Shown piece by piece: positions 18,001 through 33,624 of a stretch of DNA of 64,000 nucleotides. The translations under genes and the position numbers were made by a program. The notes under the pieces are model-generated. The model had not been told where the DNA came from. It did not search any database and saw nothing but the letters and a program-made list of their open reading frames with translations. Origin of the DNA: Eledone cirrhosa. Its lineage: Eukaryota. Numbering within the stretch: the first letter of the stretch is position 1; every line of letters begins with the position of its first letter. Where the stretch lies: NCBI GenBank assembly GCA_964016885.1, contig OZ024742.1, positions 25,358,001 to 25,422,000 on the forward strand, written 5' to 3'.

Positions 18001-21000
18001 AATCTATGTTACACTACTACCCCACTCCACCACTGTTAAATCCTATAATCTATGTTACACAAAATCTATGTTACACAACTACTCCACTAAACCATTGTTA
18101 AATTCTATAATCTATGTTACACAAAATCTATGTTACACCACTAGCCCCACTCCACCACTGTTAAATCCTACTATGTTACACAACTACCCCACTCCACCAG
18201 TGTTAAATCCTACAATCTATGTTACACTAAATCTATGTTACACAACTACCCCACTCCACCACTGTTAAATCCTACAATCTATGTTACACAACTTCCCCAC
18301 TCCACCACTGTTAAATCCTACAATCTATGTTACACTACTATCCCACTCCACCACTGTTAAATCCTATAATCTATGTTACACAAAATCTATGTTACACAAC
18401 TATCCCACTCCACCATTGTTAAATCCTATAATCTATGTTACACAACTACCCCACTCCACCCCTGTTAAATCCTATAATCTATGTTACACTAAATCTATGT
18501 TACACAACTACGCCACTCCACCAGTGTTAAATCCTACAATCTATGTTACACTAAATCTATGTTACACAACTATCCCACTCCACCACTGTTAAATCCTATA
18601 ATCTATGTTACACTAAATCAAAGTTACACTAAATCTATGTTACACAACTACGCCACTCCACCAGTGTTAAATCCTACAATCTATGTTGCACTAAATCTAT
18701 GTTACACAACTATCCCACTCCACCACTGTTAAATCCTATAATCTATGTTACACTAAATCTATGTTACACAACCACCCCACTCCACCACTGTTAAATCCTA
18801 TAATCTATGTTACACTAAATCTATGTTACACAACTACCCCACTCCACCTGTGTTAAATCCTATAATCTATGTTACACAACTACCCCACTCCACCAGTGTT
18901 AAATCCTACAATCTATGTTACACTAAATCTATGTTACACAACTACCCCACTCCACCACTGTTAAATCCTACAATCTATGTTACACAACTTCCCCACTCCA
19001 CCACTGTTAAATCCTACAATCTATGTTACACTACTACCCCACTCCACCACTGTTAAATCCTATAATCTATGTTACACAAAATCCATGTTACACAACTATC
19101 CCACTCCACCATTGTTAAATCCTATAATCTATGTTACACAACTACCCCACTCCACCCCTGTTAAATCCTATAATCTATGTTACACTAAATCTATGTTACA
19201 CAACTACGCCACTCCACCAGTGTTAAATCCTACAATCTATGTTACACTAAATCTATGTTACACAACTATCCCACTCCACCACTGTTAAATCCTATAATCT
19301 ATGTTACACTAAATCTACGTTACACTAAATCTATGTTACACAACTACGCCACTCCACCAGTGTTAAATCCTACAATCTATGTTGCACTAAATCTATGTTA
19401 CACAACCACCCCACTCCACCACTGTTAAATCCTATAATCTATGATACACAACTATCCCACTCCACCACTGTTAACTCCTATAATCTATGTTACACTAAAT
19501 CTATGTTACACAACCACCCCACTCCACCACTGTTAAATCCTATAATCTGTTACACTAAATCTATGTTACACAACCACCCCACTCCACCAGTGTTAAATCC
19601 TATAATCTATGTTACACAACTACCCCACTCCACCAGTTTTAAATCCTACAATCTATGTTTCACTGAATCTATGTTACACTAAATCTATGTTACACCACTA
19701 CCCCACTCCACCACTGTTAAATCCTATAATCTATGTTACACTAAATCTATGTTACACAACTATCCCACTCCACAACTGTTAAATCCTACAATCTATGTTA
19801 CACAACTACCCCACTCCACCACTGTTAAATTCTATAATTTATGTTACACTAAATCTATGTTACACAACTACGCCACTCCACCAGTGTTAAATCCTACAAT
19901 CTATGTTACACAACTACCCCTCTCCACCAGTATTAATTCCTACAATCTATGTTACACTAAATCTATGTTACACAACTACACCAGTCCACCAGTGTTAAAT
20001 CCTATAATCTATGTTACACAACTACGCCACTCCACCAGTGTTAAATCCTACAATCTATGTTACACTAGCTCTATGTTACGCAACTACCCCACTCCACCAC
20101 TGTTAAATCCTACAATCTATGTTACACTAAATCTATGTTACACAACAAACCCACTCCACCACTGTTAAATCCTACAATCTATGTTACACTAAATCTTTGT
20201 TACACAACTACCCCACTCCACCACTGTTAAATCCTTCAATCTATGTTACACAACTACCCCACTCCACCACTCGTAAATTCTATAATCTATGTTACACTAA
20301 ATCTATGTTACACAACTAACCCAATCCACCAGTGTTAAATCCTACAATCTATGTTACACTAATTCTATGTTACACAACTACTCCACTCCACCAGTGTTAA
20401 ATCCTATAATCTATGTTACACTACTACCCCACTCCCCTACTGTTAAATCCTAAAATATATGTTACACAAAATCTATGTTACACAACTACCCCACTCCACC
20501 ACTGTTAAATTCTATAATCTATGTTACACAAAATATATGTTACACCACTAGCCCAACTCCACCACTGTTAAATTCTACAATCTACGTTACACAACTACCC
20601 CACTCCACCATTGTTAAATCCTAGAATCTATGTTACACTAAATCTATGTTACACCACTACCCCACTCCACCACTGTTAAATCCTACAATCTATGTTACAC
20701 TACTACCCCACTCCACCACTGTTAAACCATATAATCTATGTTACACAAAATCTATGTTACACAACTATCCCACTCCACCACTGTTAAATCCTATAATCTA
20801 TGTTACACAACTAACCCACTCCACCCTGTTAAATCCTATAATCTATGTTACACTAAATCTACGTTACACAACTACCCCACTCCACCAGTGTTAAATTCTA
20901 TAATCTATGTTACACAACTACCCCATTCCACCAGTGTTAAATCCTACAATCTATGTTACACTAAATCTAGGTTACACAACTACCCCACTCCACCACTGTT

Positions 21001-24000
21001 AAATCCTATAATCTATGTTACACTAAATCTATGTTTCACAACTACCCCACTGCACCAGTGTTAAATCCTATAATCTATGTTACACTAAATCTATGTTACA
21101 CAACTATCCCACTCCACCACTGTTAAATCCTACAATCTATGTTACACAACTACCCCACTCCACCACTGTTAAATCCTATAATCTATGTTACACTAAATCT
21201 ATGTTACACAACTACCTTAATCCACCAGTGTTAAATCCTACAATCTATGTTACACTAAATCTATGTTACACAACTACCCCACTCCACCACTGTTAAATCC
21301 TATAATCTATGTTACACAACTATCCCACTCCACCAGTATTAGATCCTATAATCTATGTTACACAACTACCCCACTCCACCAGTATTAATTCCTACAATCT
21401 ATGTTACACTAGCTCTATGTTACGCAACTACCCCACTCCACCACGGTTAAATCCTACAATCTATGTTACACTAAATCTATGTTACACAACAAACCCACTC
21501 CACCACTGTTAAATCCTACAATCTATGTTACACTAAATCTTTGTTACACAACTACCCTACTCCACCACTGTTAAATCCTATAATCTCTGTTACACAACTA
21601 TCCCACTCCACCAGTATTAAATCCTATAATCTATGTTACACAACTACCCCTCTCCACCAGTATTAATTCCTACAATCTATGTTATACTAAATCTATGTTA
21701 CACAACTACCACACTCCACCAGTGTTAAATCCTACAATCTATGTTACACTAAATCTATGTTACACAACTACCCCAGTGCACCAGAGTTAAATCCTATAAT
21801 CTATGTTACACAACTACGCCACTTCACCAGTGTTAAATCCTACAATCTATGTTACACTAGCTCTATGTTACGCAACTACCCCACTCCACCACTGTTAAAT
21901 CCTACAATCTATGTTACACTAAATCTATGTTACACAACAAACCCACTCCACCACTGTTAAATCCTACAATCTATGTTACACTAAATCTTTGTTACACAAC
22001 AAGCCCACTCCACCACTGTTAAATCCTATAATCTATGTTACACAACTACCCCTCTCCACCAGTATTAATTCCTACAATCTATGTTACACTAAATCTATGT
22101 TACACAACTACCACACTCCACCAGTGTTAAATCCTACAATCTATGTTACACTAAATCTATGTTACACAACTACCCCAGTCCACCAGTGTTAAATCCTATA
22201 ATCTATGTTACACAACTACCCCACTCCACCACTTTTAAATCCTATAATCTACGTTACACATCTAACCCACTCCACCAGTGTTAAATCCTATAATCTATGT
22301 TACACAACTACCCCACTCCACCAGTGTTAAATCCTACAATCTATGTTACACTAAATCTATTTTACACAACTACCCCACTCCACCACTGTTAAATCCTTCA
22401 ATCTATGTTACACAACTACCCCACTCCACCACTCTTAAATCCTATAATCTATGTTACACTACTACCCCACTCCCCTACTGTTAAATCCTAAAATATATGT
22501 TACACAAAATCTATGTTACACAACTACCCCACTCCACCAGTGTTAAATCCTAGAATCTATGTTACACTAAATCTATGTTACACAACTACCCCACTCCACC
22601 ACTGTTAAATCCTACAATCTATGTTTCACTACTACCCCACTCCACCACTGTTAAACTATATAATCTATGTTACACAAAATCTATGTTACACAACTACCCC
22701 ACTCCACCAGTGTTAAATCCTATAATCTATGTTACACACCTACCCAACTCCACCAGTGTTAAATCCTACAATCTATGTTACACTAAATCTAGGTTACACA
22801 ACTACCCCACTCCACCACTGTTAAATCCTATAATCTATGTTACACTAAATCTATGTTTCACAACTACCCCACTGCACCAGTGTTAAATCCTATAATCTAT
22901 GTTACACTAAATCTATGTTACACAACTATCCCACTCCACCACTGTTTAATCCTACAATCTATGTTACACAACTACCCCACTCCACCACTGTTAAATCCTA
23001 TAATCTATGTTACACTAAATCTATGTTACACAACTACCTTAATCCACTATTGTTAAATCCTACAATCTATGTTACACTAAATCTATGTTACACAACCACC
23101 CCACTCCACCAGTGTTAAATCCTATAATCTATGTTACACTACTATCCCACTCCACCTATGTTAAATCCTATAATCTATGTTACACAAAATCTATGTTACA
23201 CAACTACCCCACTCCACCACTGTTAAATTCTATAATCTATGTTACACAAAATCTATGTTACACCACTAGCCCCACTCTACCACTGTTAAATCCTACAATC
23301 TATGTTACACAACTACCCCACTCCACCAGTGTTAAATCCTACAATCTATGTTACACAAAATATGTGTTACACAACTACCCCACACCACCACTGTTAAATC
23401 CTACAATCTATGTTACACAACTTCCCCACTCCACCACTGTTAAATCCTACAATCTATGTTACACTAAATATATGTTACACAACTACCCCACTCCACCACT
23501 GTTAAATCCTATAATCTATGTTACACTAAATCTATGTTACACAAATACGCCACTCCACCAGTGTTAAATCCTACAATCAATGTTACACTAAACCTATGTT
23601 ACACAACTATCCCACTCCACCACTGTTAAATCCTATAATCTATGTTCAACAACTACCCAACTCCACCCCTGTTAAATCCTATAATCTATGTTACACGAAA
23701 TCTATGTTACACAACTACGCCTCTCCAACAGTGTTAAATCCTACAATTTATGTTACACTAAATCTATGTTACACAACTATCCAACTCCACCACTGTTAAA
23801 TCCTATAATCTATGTTACACTAAATCTATGTTACACAACCACCCCACTCCACCACTGTTAAATCCTATAAGCTATGTTACACTAAATCTATGTTACACAA
23901 CTACCCCACTCCACCACCGTTAAATCCTACAATCTATGTTACACAAAATCTATGTTACACCACTAGCCCCACTCCACCACTGTTAAATCCTACAATCTAT

Positions 24001-27000
24001 GTTACACTAAATCTTTGTTACACAACTACCCCACTCCACCACTGTTAAATCCTATAATCTATGTTACACAACTATCCCACTCCACCAGTATTAAATCCTA
24101 TAATCTATGTTACACAACTACCCCACTCCACCAGTATTAATTCCTACAATCTATGTTACACTAAATCTATGTTACAAAACTACCCCACTCCACCAGTGTT
24201 AAATCCTACAATCTATGTTACACTAAATCTATGTTACACAACTACCCTACTCTACCAGTGTTAAATCCTATAATCTATGTTACACAACTACCCCACTCCA
24301 CCAGTGTTAAATCATATAATCTATGTTACACAACTACCCCACTCCACCACTTTTAAATCCTATAATCTACGTTACACAACTACCCCACTCCACCAGTGTT
24401 AAATCCTATAATCTATATTACACAACTACCCCACTCCACCAGTGTTAAATCCTACAATCTATGTTACACTAAATCTATGTTACACAACTACCCCACTCCA
24501 CCACTGTTAAATCCTATAATGTTTGTTACACTAAATCTATGTTACACAACTACCCCACTCCACCAGTGTTAAATCCTATAATCTATGTTACACTAAATCT
24601 ATGTTACACAACTATCCCACTCCACCACTGTTAAATCCTACAATCTATGTTACACAACTACCCCACTCCACCACTGTTAAATCCTATAATCTATGTTACA
24701 CTAAATCTATGTTACACAACTACCCCACTCCACCAGTGTTAAATCCTATAATCTATGTTACACTACTACCCCACTCCACCACTGTTAAATCCTATAATCT
24801 ATGTTACACAAAATCTATGTTACACAACTACCCCACTACACCATTGTTAAATTCTATAATCTATGTTACACAACATCTATGTTACACCACTAGCCCCACT
24901 CCACCACTGTTAAATCCTACTATCTATGTTAAACAACTACCCCACTCCACCAGTGTTAAATCCTACAATCTATGTTACACTAAATCTATGTTACACAACT
25001 ACCCCACTCCACCACCGTTAAATCCTACAATCTATGTTACACAACTTCCCCACTCCACCACTGTTAAATCCTACAATCTATGTTACACTACTACCCTACT
25101 CCACCATTGTTAAATCCTATAATCTATGTTACACAAAATCTATGTTACACAACTATCCCACTCCACCATTGTTAAATCCTATAATCTATGTTACACAACT
25201 ACCCCACTCCAACCCTGTTAAATCCTATAATCTATGTTACACTAAATCTATGTTACACAACTACGCCACTCCACCAGTGTTAAATCCTACAATCTATGTT
25301 ACACTAAATCTATGTTACACAACTATCCCACTCCACCACTGTTAAATCCTATAATCTATGTTACACTAAATCTACGTTACACTAAATCTATGTTACACAA
25401 CTACGCCACTCCACCAGTGTTAAATCCTACAATCTATGTTGCACTAAATCTATGTTACACAACTATCCCACTCCACCACTGTTAAATCCTATAATCTATG
25501 TTACACTAAATCTATGTTACACAACCACCCCACTCCACCACTGTTAAATCCTATAATCTATGTTACACTAAATCTATGTTACACAACTATCCCACTCCAC
25601 AACTGTTAAATCCTACAATCTATGTTACACAACTACCCCACTCCACCACTGTTAAATTCTATAATCTATGTTACACTAAATCTATGTTACACAACTACGC
25701 CACTCCACCAATGTTAAATCCTACAATCTATGTTACACTAGCTCTATGTTACGCAACTAGCCCACTCCACCACGGTTAAATCCTACAATCTATGTTACAC
25801 TAAATCTATGTTACACAACAAACCCACTCCACCACTGTTAAATCCTACAATCTATGTTACACTAAATCTTTGTTACACAACTACCCTACTCCACCACTGT
25901 TAAATCCTATAATCTCTGTTACACAACTATCCCACTCCACCAGTATTAAATCCTATAATCTATGTTACACAACTACCCCTCTCCACCAGTATTAATTCCT
26001 ACAATCTATGTTACAACAAATCTATGTTACACAACTACCACACTCCACCAGTGTTAAATCCTATAATCTATGTTACACTACTACCCCACTCCACCACTGT
26101 TAAATCCTATAATCTATGTTACACAAAATCTATGTTACACAACTACCCCACTCCACCAGTGTTAAATCCTAGAATCTATGTTACACTAAATCTATGTTAC
26201 ACAACTACCCCACTCCACCACTGTTAAATCCTACAATCTATGTTACACTACTACCCCACTCCACCACTGTTAAACCATATAATCTATGTTCCACTAAATA
26301 TATGTTACACAACTACCCCAATCCACCAGTGTTAAATCCTACAATCTATGTTACACAAAATCTATGTTACACAACTATCCCACTCCACCACTGTTAAATC
26401 CTATAATCTATGTTACACAACTAACCCACTCCACCCTGTTAAATCCTATAATCTATGTTACACTAAATCTACGTTACACAACTACCCCACTCCACCAGTG
26501 TTAAATCCTATAATCTATGTTACACAACTACCCCACTCCACCAGTGTTAAATCCTACAATCTATGTTACACTAAATCTAGGTTACACAACTACCCCACTC
26601 CACCACTGTTAAATCCTATAATCTATGTTACACTAAATCTATGTTTCACAGCTACCCCACTGCACCAGTGTTAAATCCTATAATCTATGTTACACTAAAT
26701 CTATGTTACAAACTATCCCACTCCACCACTGTTTAATCCTACAATCTATGTTACACAACTACCCCACTCCACCACTGTTAAATCCTATAATCTATGTTAC
26801 ACTAAATCTATGTTACACAACTACCTTAATCCACCAGTGTTAAATCCTACAATCTATGTTACACTAAATCTATGTTACACAACCACCCCACTCCACCAGT
26901 GTTAAATCCTATAATCTATGTTACACTACTATCCCACTCCACCTATGTTAAATCCTATAATCTATGTTACACAAAATCTATGTTACACAACTACCCCACT

Positions 27001-30000
27001 CCACCACTGTTAAATTCTATAATCTATGTTACACAAAATCTATGTTACACCACTAGCCCCATTCTACCACTGTTAAATCCTACAATCTATGTCACACAAC
27101 TACCCCACTCCACCAGTGTTAAATCCTACAATCTATGTTACACAAAATATATGTTACACAACTACCCCACACCACCACTGTTAAATCCTACAATCTATGT
27201 TACACAACTTCCCCACTCCACCACTGTTAAATCCTACAATCTATGTTACACTAAATATATGTGACACAACTACCCCACTCCACCACTGTTAAATCCTATA
27301 ATCTATGTTACAATAAATCTATGTTACACAAATACACCACTCCACCAGTGTTAAATCCTACAATCTATGTTACACTAAACCTATGTTACACAACTATCCC
27401 ACTCCACCACTGTTAAATCCTACAATCTATGTTACACAACTACCCCACTCCACCACTGTTAAATCCTATAATCTATGTTACACTAAATCTATGTTACACA
27501 ACTACCCCAATCCACCAGTGTTAAATCCTACAATCTATGTTACACTAAATCTATGTTACACAACTACCCCACTCCACCAGTGTTAAATCCTATAATCTAT
27601 GTTACACTACTACCCTACTCCACCACTGTTAAATCATATAATCTATGTTACACAAAGTCTATGTTACACAACTACCCCACTACACCATTGTTAAATTCTA
27701 TAATCTATGTTACACAAAATCTATGTTACACCACTAGCCCCACTCCACCACTGTTAAATCCTACTATCTATGTTACACAACTACCCCACTCCACCAGTGT
27801 TAAATCCTACAATCTATGTTACACTAAATCTATGTTACACAACTACCCCACTCCACCACTGTTAAATCCTACAATCTATGTTACACAACTTCCCCACTCC
27901 ACCACTGTTAAATCCTACAATCTATGTTACACTACTACCCCACTCCACCACTGTTAAATCCTATAGTCTATGTTACACAAAATCTATGTTACACAACTAT
28001 CCCACTCCACCATTGTTAAATCCTATAATCTATGTTACACAACTACCCCACTCCAACCCTGTTAAATCCTATAATCTATGTTACACTAAATCTATGTTAC
28101 ACAACTACGCCACTCCAACAGTGTTAAATCCTACAATATATGTTACACTAAATCTATGTTACACAACTACCCCACTCCACCACTGTTAAATCCTACAATC
28201 TATGTTACACTAAATCTATGTTACACTAAATCTATGTTACACAATTATCCCACTCCACCACTGTTAAATCCTATAATCTATGTTACACTAATTCTACGTT
28301 ACACTAAATCTATGTTACACAACTACGCCACACCACCAGTGTTAAATCCTATAATCTATGTTGCACTAAATCTATGTTACACAACTATCCCACTCCACCA
28401 CTGTTAAATCCTATAATCTATGTTACACTAAATCTATGTTACACAACCACCCCACTCCACCACTGTTAAATCCTATAATCTATGTTACACTAAATCTATG
28501 TTACACAACTACCCCACTCCACCTGTGTTAAATCCTATAATCTATGTTACACTAAATCTATGTTACACAACTACCCCACTCCACCAGTTTTAAATACTAC
28601 AATCTATGTTTCACTACTACCCCACTCCACTACTGTTAAATCCTATAATCTATGTTACACCACTACCCCACTCCACTACTGTTAAATCCTATAATCTATG
28701 TTACACAACTACCCCAATCCACCAGTGTTAAATCCTACAATCTATGTTACACTAAATCTATGTTACACAACTACCCCACTCCACCAGTGTTAAATCCTAT
28801 AATCTATGTTACACTATTACCCTACTCCACCACTGTTAAATCCTATAATCTATGTTACACAAAATCTATGTTACACAACTATCCCACTACACCATTGTTA
28901 AATTCTATAATCTATGTTACACAAAATCTATGTTACACCACTAGCCCCACTCCACCACTGTTAAATCCTACTATCTATGTTACACAACTACCCCACTCCA
29001 CCAGTGTTAAATCCTACAATCTATGTTACACTAAATCTATGTTACACAACTACCCCACTCCACCACTGTTAAATCCTACAATCTATGTTACACAACTTCC
29101 CCACTCCACCACTGTTAAATCCTACAATCTATGTTACACTACTACCCCACTCCACCACTGTTAAATCCTATAATCTATGTTACACAAAATCTATGTTACA
29201 CAACTATCCCACTCCACCATTGTTAAATCCTATAATCTATGTTACACAACTACCCCACTCCAACCCTGTTAAATCCTATAATCTATGTTACACTAAATCT
29301 ATTTTACACAACTACGCCACTCCAACAGTGTTAAATCCTACAATCTATGTTACACTAAATCTATGTTACACAACTACCCCACTCCACCACTGTTAAATCC
29401 TACAATCTATGTTACACTAAATCTATGTTACACTAAATCTATGTTACACAATTATCCCACTCCACCACTGTTAAATCCTATAATCTATGTTACACTAAAT
29501 CTACGTTACACTAAATCTATGTTACACAACTACGCCACACCACCAGTGTTAAATCCTATAATCTATGTTGCACTAAATCTATGTTACACAACTATCCCAC
29601 TCCACCACTGTTAAATCCTATAATCTATGTTACACTAAATCTATGTTACACAACCACCCCACTCCACCACTGTTAAATCCTATAATCTATGTTACACTAA
29701 ATCTATGTTACACAACTACCCCACTCCAACTGTGTTAAATCCTATAATCTGTTACACTAAATCTATGTTACACAACTACCCCACTCCACCAGTTTTAAAT
29801 ACTACAATCTATGTTTCACTACTACCCCACTCCACTAATGTTAAATCCTATAATCTATGATACACCACTACCCCACTCCACTACTGTTAAATCCTATAAT
29901 CTATGTTACACAACTACCCCACTCCACCACTGTTAAATCCTATAATCTATGTTACACTAAATCTATGTTACACAACTATCCCACTCCACAACTGTTAAAT

Positions 30001-33000
30001 CCTACAATCTATGTTACACAACTACCCCACTCCACCACTGTTAAATTCTATAATCTATGTTTCACTAAATCTATGTTACACAACTACGCCACTCCACCAG
30101 TGTTAAATCCTACAATCTATGTTACACTAGCTCTATGTTACGCAACTACCCCACTCCACCACGGTTAAATCCTACAATCTATGTTACACTAAATATATGT
30201 TACACAACAAACCCACTCCACCACTGTTAAATCCTACAATCTATGTTACACTAAATCTTTGTTACACAACTACCCTACTCCACCACTGTGAAATCCTATA
30301 ATCTCTGTTACACAACTATCCCACTCCACCAGTATTAAATCCTATAATCTATGTTACACAACTACCACACTCCACCAGTGTTAAATCCTACAATCTACGT
30401 TACACTAAATCTATGTTACACATCTACCCCAGTCCACCAGTGTTAAATCCTATAATCTATGTTACACAACTACCCCACTCCACCACTTTTAAATCCTATA
30501 ATCTACGTTACACATCTAACCCACTCCACCAGTGTTAAATCCTATAATCTATGTTACACAACTACCCCACTCCACCAGTGTTAAATCCTACAATCTATGT
30601 TACACTAAATCTATTTTACACAACTACCCCACTCCACCACTGTTAAATCCTTCAATCTATGTTACACAACTACCCCACTCCACCACTGTTAAATCCTATA
30701 ATCTATGTTACACTAAATCTATGTTACACAACTAACCCAATCCACCAGTGTTAAATCCTACAATCTATGTTACACTAAATCTATGTTACACAACTACTCC
30801 ACTCCACCAGTGTTAAATCCTATAATCTATGTTACACTACTACCCCACTCCCCTACTGTTAAATCCTATAATATATGTTACACAAAATCTATGTTACACA
30901 TCTACCCCACTCCACCACTGTTAAATTCTATAATCTATGTTACACAAAATATATGTTACACCACTAGCCCAACTCCACCACTGTTAAATCCTACAATCTA
31001 TGTTACACAACTACCCCACTCCACCAGTGTTAAATCCTACAATCTATGTTACACTAAATCTATGTTACACAACTACCCCACTCCACCACTGTTAAATCCT
31101 ACAATCTATGTTACACAACTTCCCCACTCCACCACTGTTAAATCCTACAATCTATGTTACACTACTACCCCACTCCACCACTGTTAAATGCTATAATCTA
31201 TGTTACACAACTACCCCACTCCACCCTGTTAAATCCTATAATCTATGTTACACTAAATCTACGTTACACAACTACCCCACTCCACCAGTGTTAACTCCTA
31301 TGATCTATGTTACACAACTACCCCACTCCACCAGTGTTAAATCCTACAATCTATGTTACACTAAATCTAGGTTACACAACTACCCCACTCCACCACTGTT
31401 AAATCCTATAATCTATGTTACACTAAATCTATGTTTCACAACTACCCCACTCCACCACTGTTAAATCCTATAATCTATGTGACACTAAATCTATGTTACA
31501 CAACTACCTTAATCCACCAGTGTTAAATCCTACAATCTATGTTACACTAAATCTATGTTACACAACCACCCCACTCCACCAGTGTTAAATCCTATAATCT
31601 ATGTTACACTACTATCCCACTCCACCTATGTTAAATCCTATAATCTATGTTACACAAAATCTATGTTACACAACTACCCCACTCCACCACTGTTAAATTC
31701 TATAATCCATGTTACACAAAATCTATGTTACACCACTAGCCCCACTCCACCACTGTTAAATCCTACAATCTATGTTACACAACTACCCCACTCCACCAGT
31801 GTTAAATCCTACAATCTGTGTTACACTAAATCTATGTTACACAACTCCCCGACTCCACCACTGTTAAATCCTACAATCTATGTTACACAACTTCCCCACT
31901 CCACCACTGTTAAATCCTACAACCTATGTTACACTACTACCCCACTCCACCACTGTTAAATCCTATAATCTATGTTACACAAAATCTATGTTACACAACT
32001 ATCCCACTCCACCACTGTTAAATCCTATAATCTATGTCACACAACTACCCCTCTCCACCAGTATTAATTCCTACAATCTATGTTACACTAAATCTATGTT
32101 ACACAACTATCCCACTCCACCACTGTTAAATCCTATAATCTATGTTACACTAAATCTATGTTACACAACCACCCCACTCCACCACTGTTAAATCCTATAA
32201 TCTATGTTACACTAAATCTATGTTACAGGACTACCCCACTCCATCAGTTTTAAATCCTATAATCTATGTTACACAACTACCCCACTCCACCTGTGTTAAA
32301 TCCTATAATCTATGTTACACAACTACCCCACTCCACCAGTGTTAAATCCTACAATCTATGTTTCACTGAATCTATGTTACACTAAATCTATGTTACACTA
32401 AATCTATGTTACACTAAATCTATGTTACACAACTACCCCACTCCACCAGTGTTAAACCTACAATCTATGTTACACTAAATCTATGTTACACTACTACCCA
32501 ACTCCACTACTGTTAAATCCTATAATCCATGTTACACAACTACCCCACTCCACTACTATTAAATCCTATAATCTATGTTACACAACTACCCCACTCCACC
32601 AGTGTTAAATCCTATAATCTATGTTACACAACTACCCCACTCCACTACTGTTAAATCCTATAATCTATGTTACACAACTACCCCACTTTACCACTATTAA
32701 ATCCTATAATCTATGTTACACAACTACCCCACTCCACCATTGTTAAATCCTATAATCTATGTTACACAACTACCCCACTCCACTACTGTTAAATCCTATA
32801 ATCTATGTTACACAACTACCCCACTCCACCACTGTTAAATCCTATAATCTATGTTACACAACTACCTCACTCCACTACTGTTAAATCCTATAATCTATGT
32901 TACACAACTACCCCACTCCACCACTGTTAAATCCTATAATCTATGTTACACAACTACCCCACTCCACCAGTGTTAAATCCTATAATCTATATTACACAAC

Positions 33001-33199
33001 TACCCCACTCCACTAGTGTTAAATCCTATAATCTATGATACACAACTACCCCACTCCACCAGTGTTAAATCCTATAATCTATGATACACAACTACCCCAC
33101 TCCACCAGTGTTAAATCCTATAATCTATGATACACAACTAACCCACTCCACCAGTGTTAAATCCTACAATCTATGTTATACTAAATCTATGTTACACTA
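1..33199. repeat. Satellite array of a 46-bp monomer (AATCTATGTTACACAACTACCCCACTCCACCA[C/G]TGTTAAATCCTA[T/C]) interspersed with a 16-bp unit (AATCTATGTTACACTA); runs off the left edge of the window
   Basis: Units read directly along the whole interval. Spacings are 46 or 62 bp; 46+62=108 bp (36 codons) explains the periodic pseudo-ORFs. The array ends sharply after ...AATCTATGTTACACTA at 33199. Confidence 0.99.
10617..19872. repeat. 4628-bp tandem higher-order duplication inside the satellite (about 10617-15244 and 15245-19872)
   Basis: Twelve consecutive ORF-track entries recur at exactly +4628 (11049/15677 through 14767/19395 and 15121/19749), with identical translations except the last, which crosses the boundary. 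Variant monomers diverge just before 10617 and at 15269 vs 19897. Confidence 0.9.
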
Positions 33200-33624
33200 T
33201 CTCTATTATACCAAACCCTTCACCCAGAACAATCTCCACCATATATAAAATAAAAATGAAAAACCCAGAATTCTTTCTAAAACTGTTGTTTTGCCACCAC
33301 AATACTATCGATTAATGAAACATACAATTGAATTTTTCAAACATGAAATTACTATTCTCTAAGAAATAATTATTAGGAGGAAGCATCATAAACAAAATTA
33401 TATTGTTTCATAATCACTGGGAGGAGGAGAAGGTAGTGTCTTGTTACTGGAGCACCAAACTAAATGTCTCACCATCCACTGTTTATACTTCAAACACTTT
33501 AGTTATGATTTATGTTTGAAATTATGTCAGGTTTTTTATAGTTTTGGTATAAGAGAGGCTAATAAAATAAATAGTCCTGGTTGTTGTTGTGTTGTTAGAC
33601 ATCCATTGGGACCATAGCCACGTG

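Noticed and set aside
1-33199. Dozens of MLHNYPTPPLLNP... ORFs suggesting a repetitive Pro/Thr-rich protein
   Set aside because: Units of 46 and 62 bp are not multiples of 3, so frames switch and stop every few units. The ORFs are a by-product of the 108-bp combination.
1-33199. CRISPR-like array
   Set aside because: No unique spacers, no cas genes, eukaryotic context; the sequence between repeats is itself repeated.
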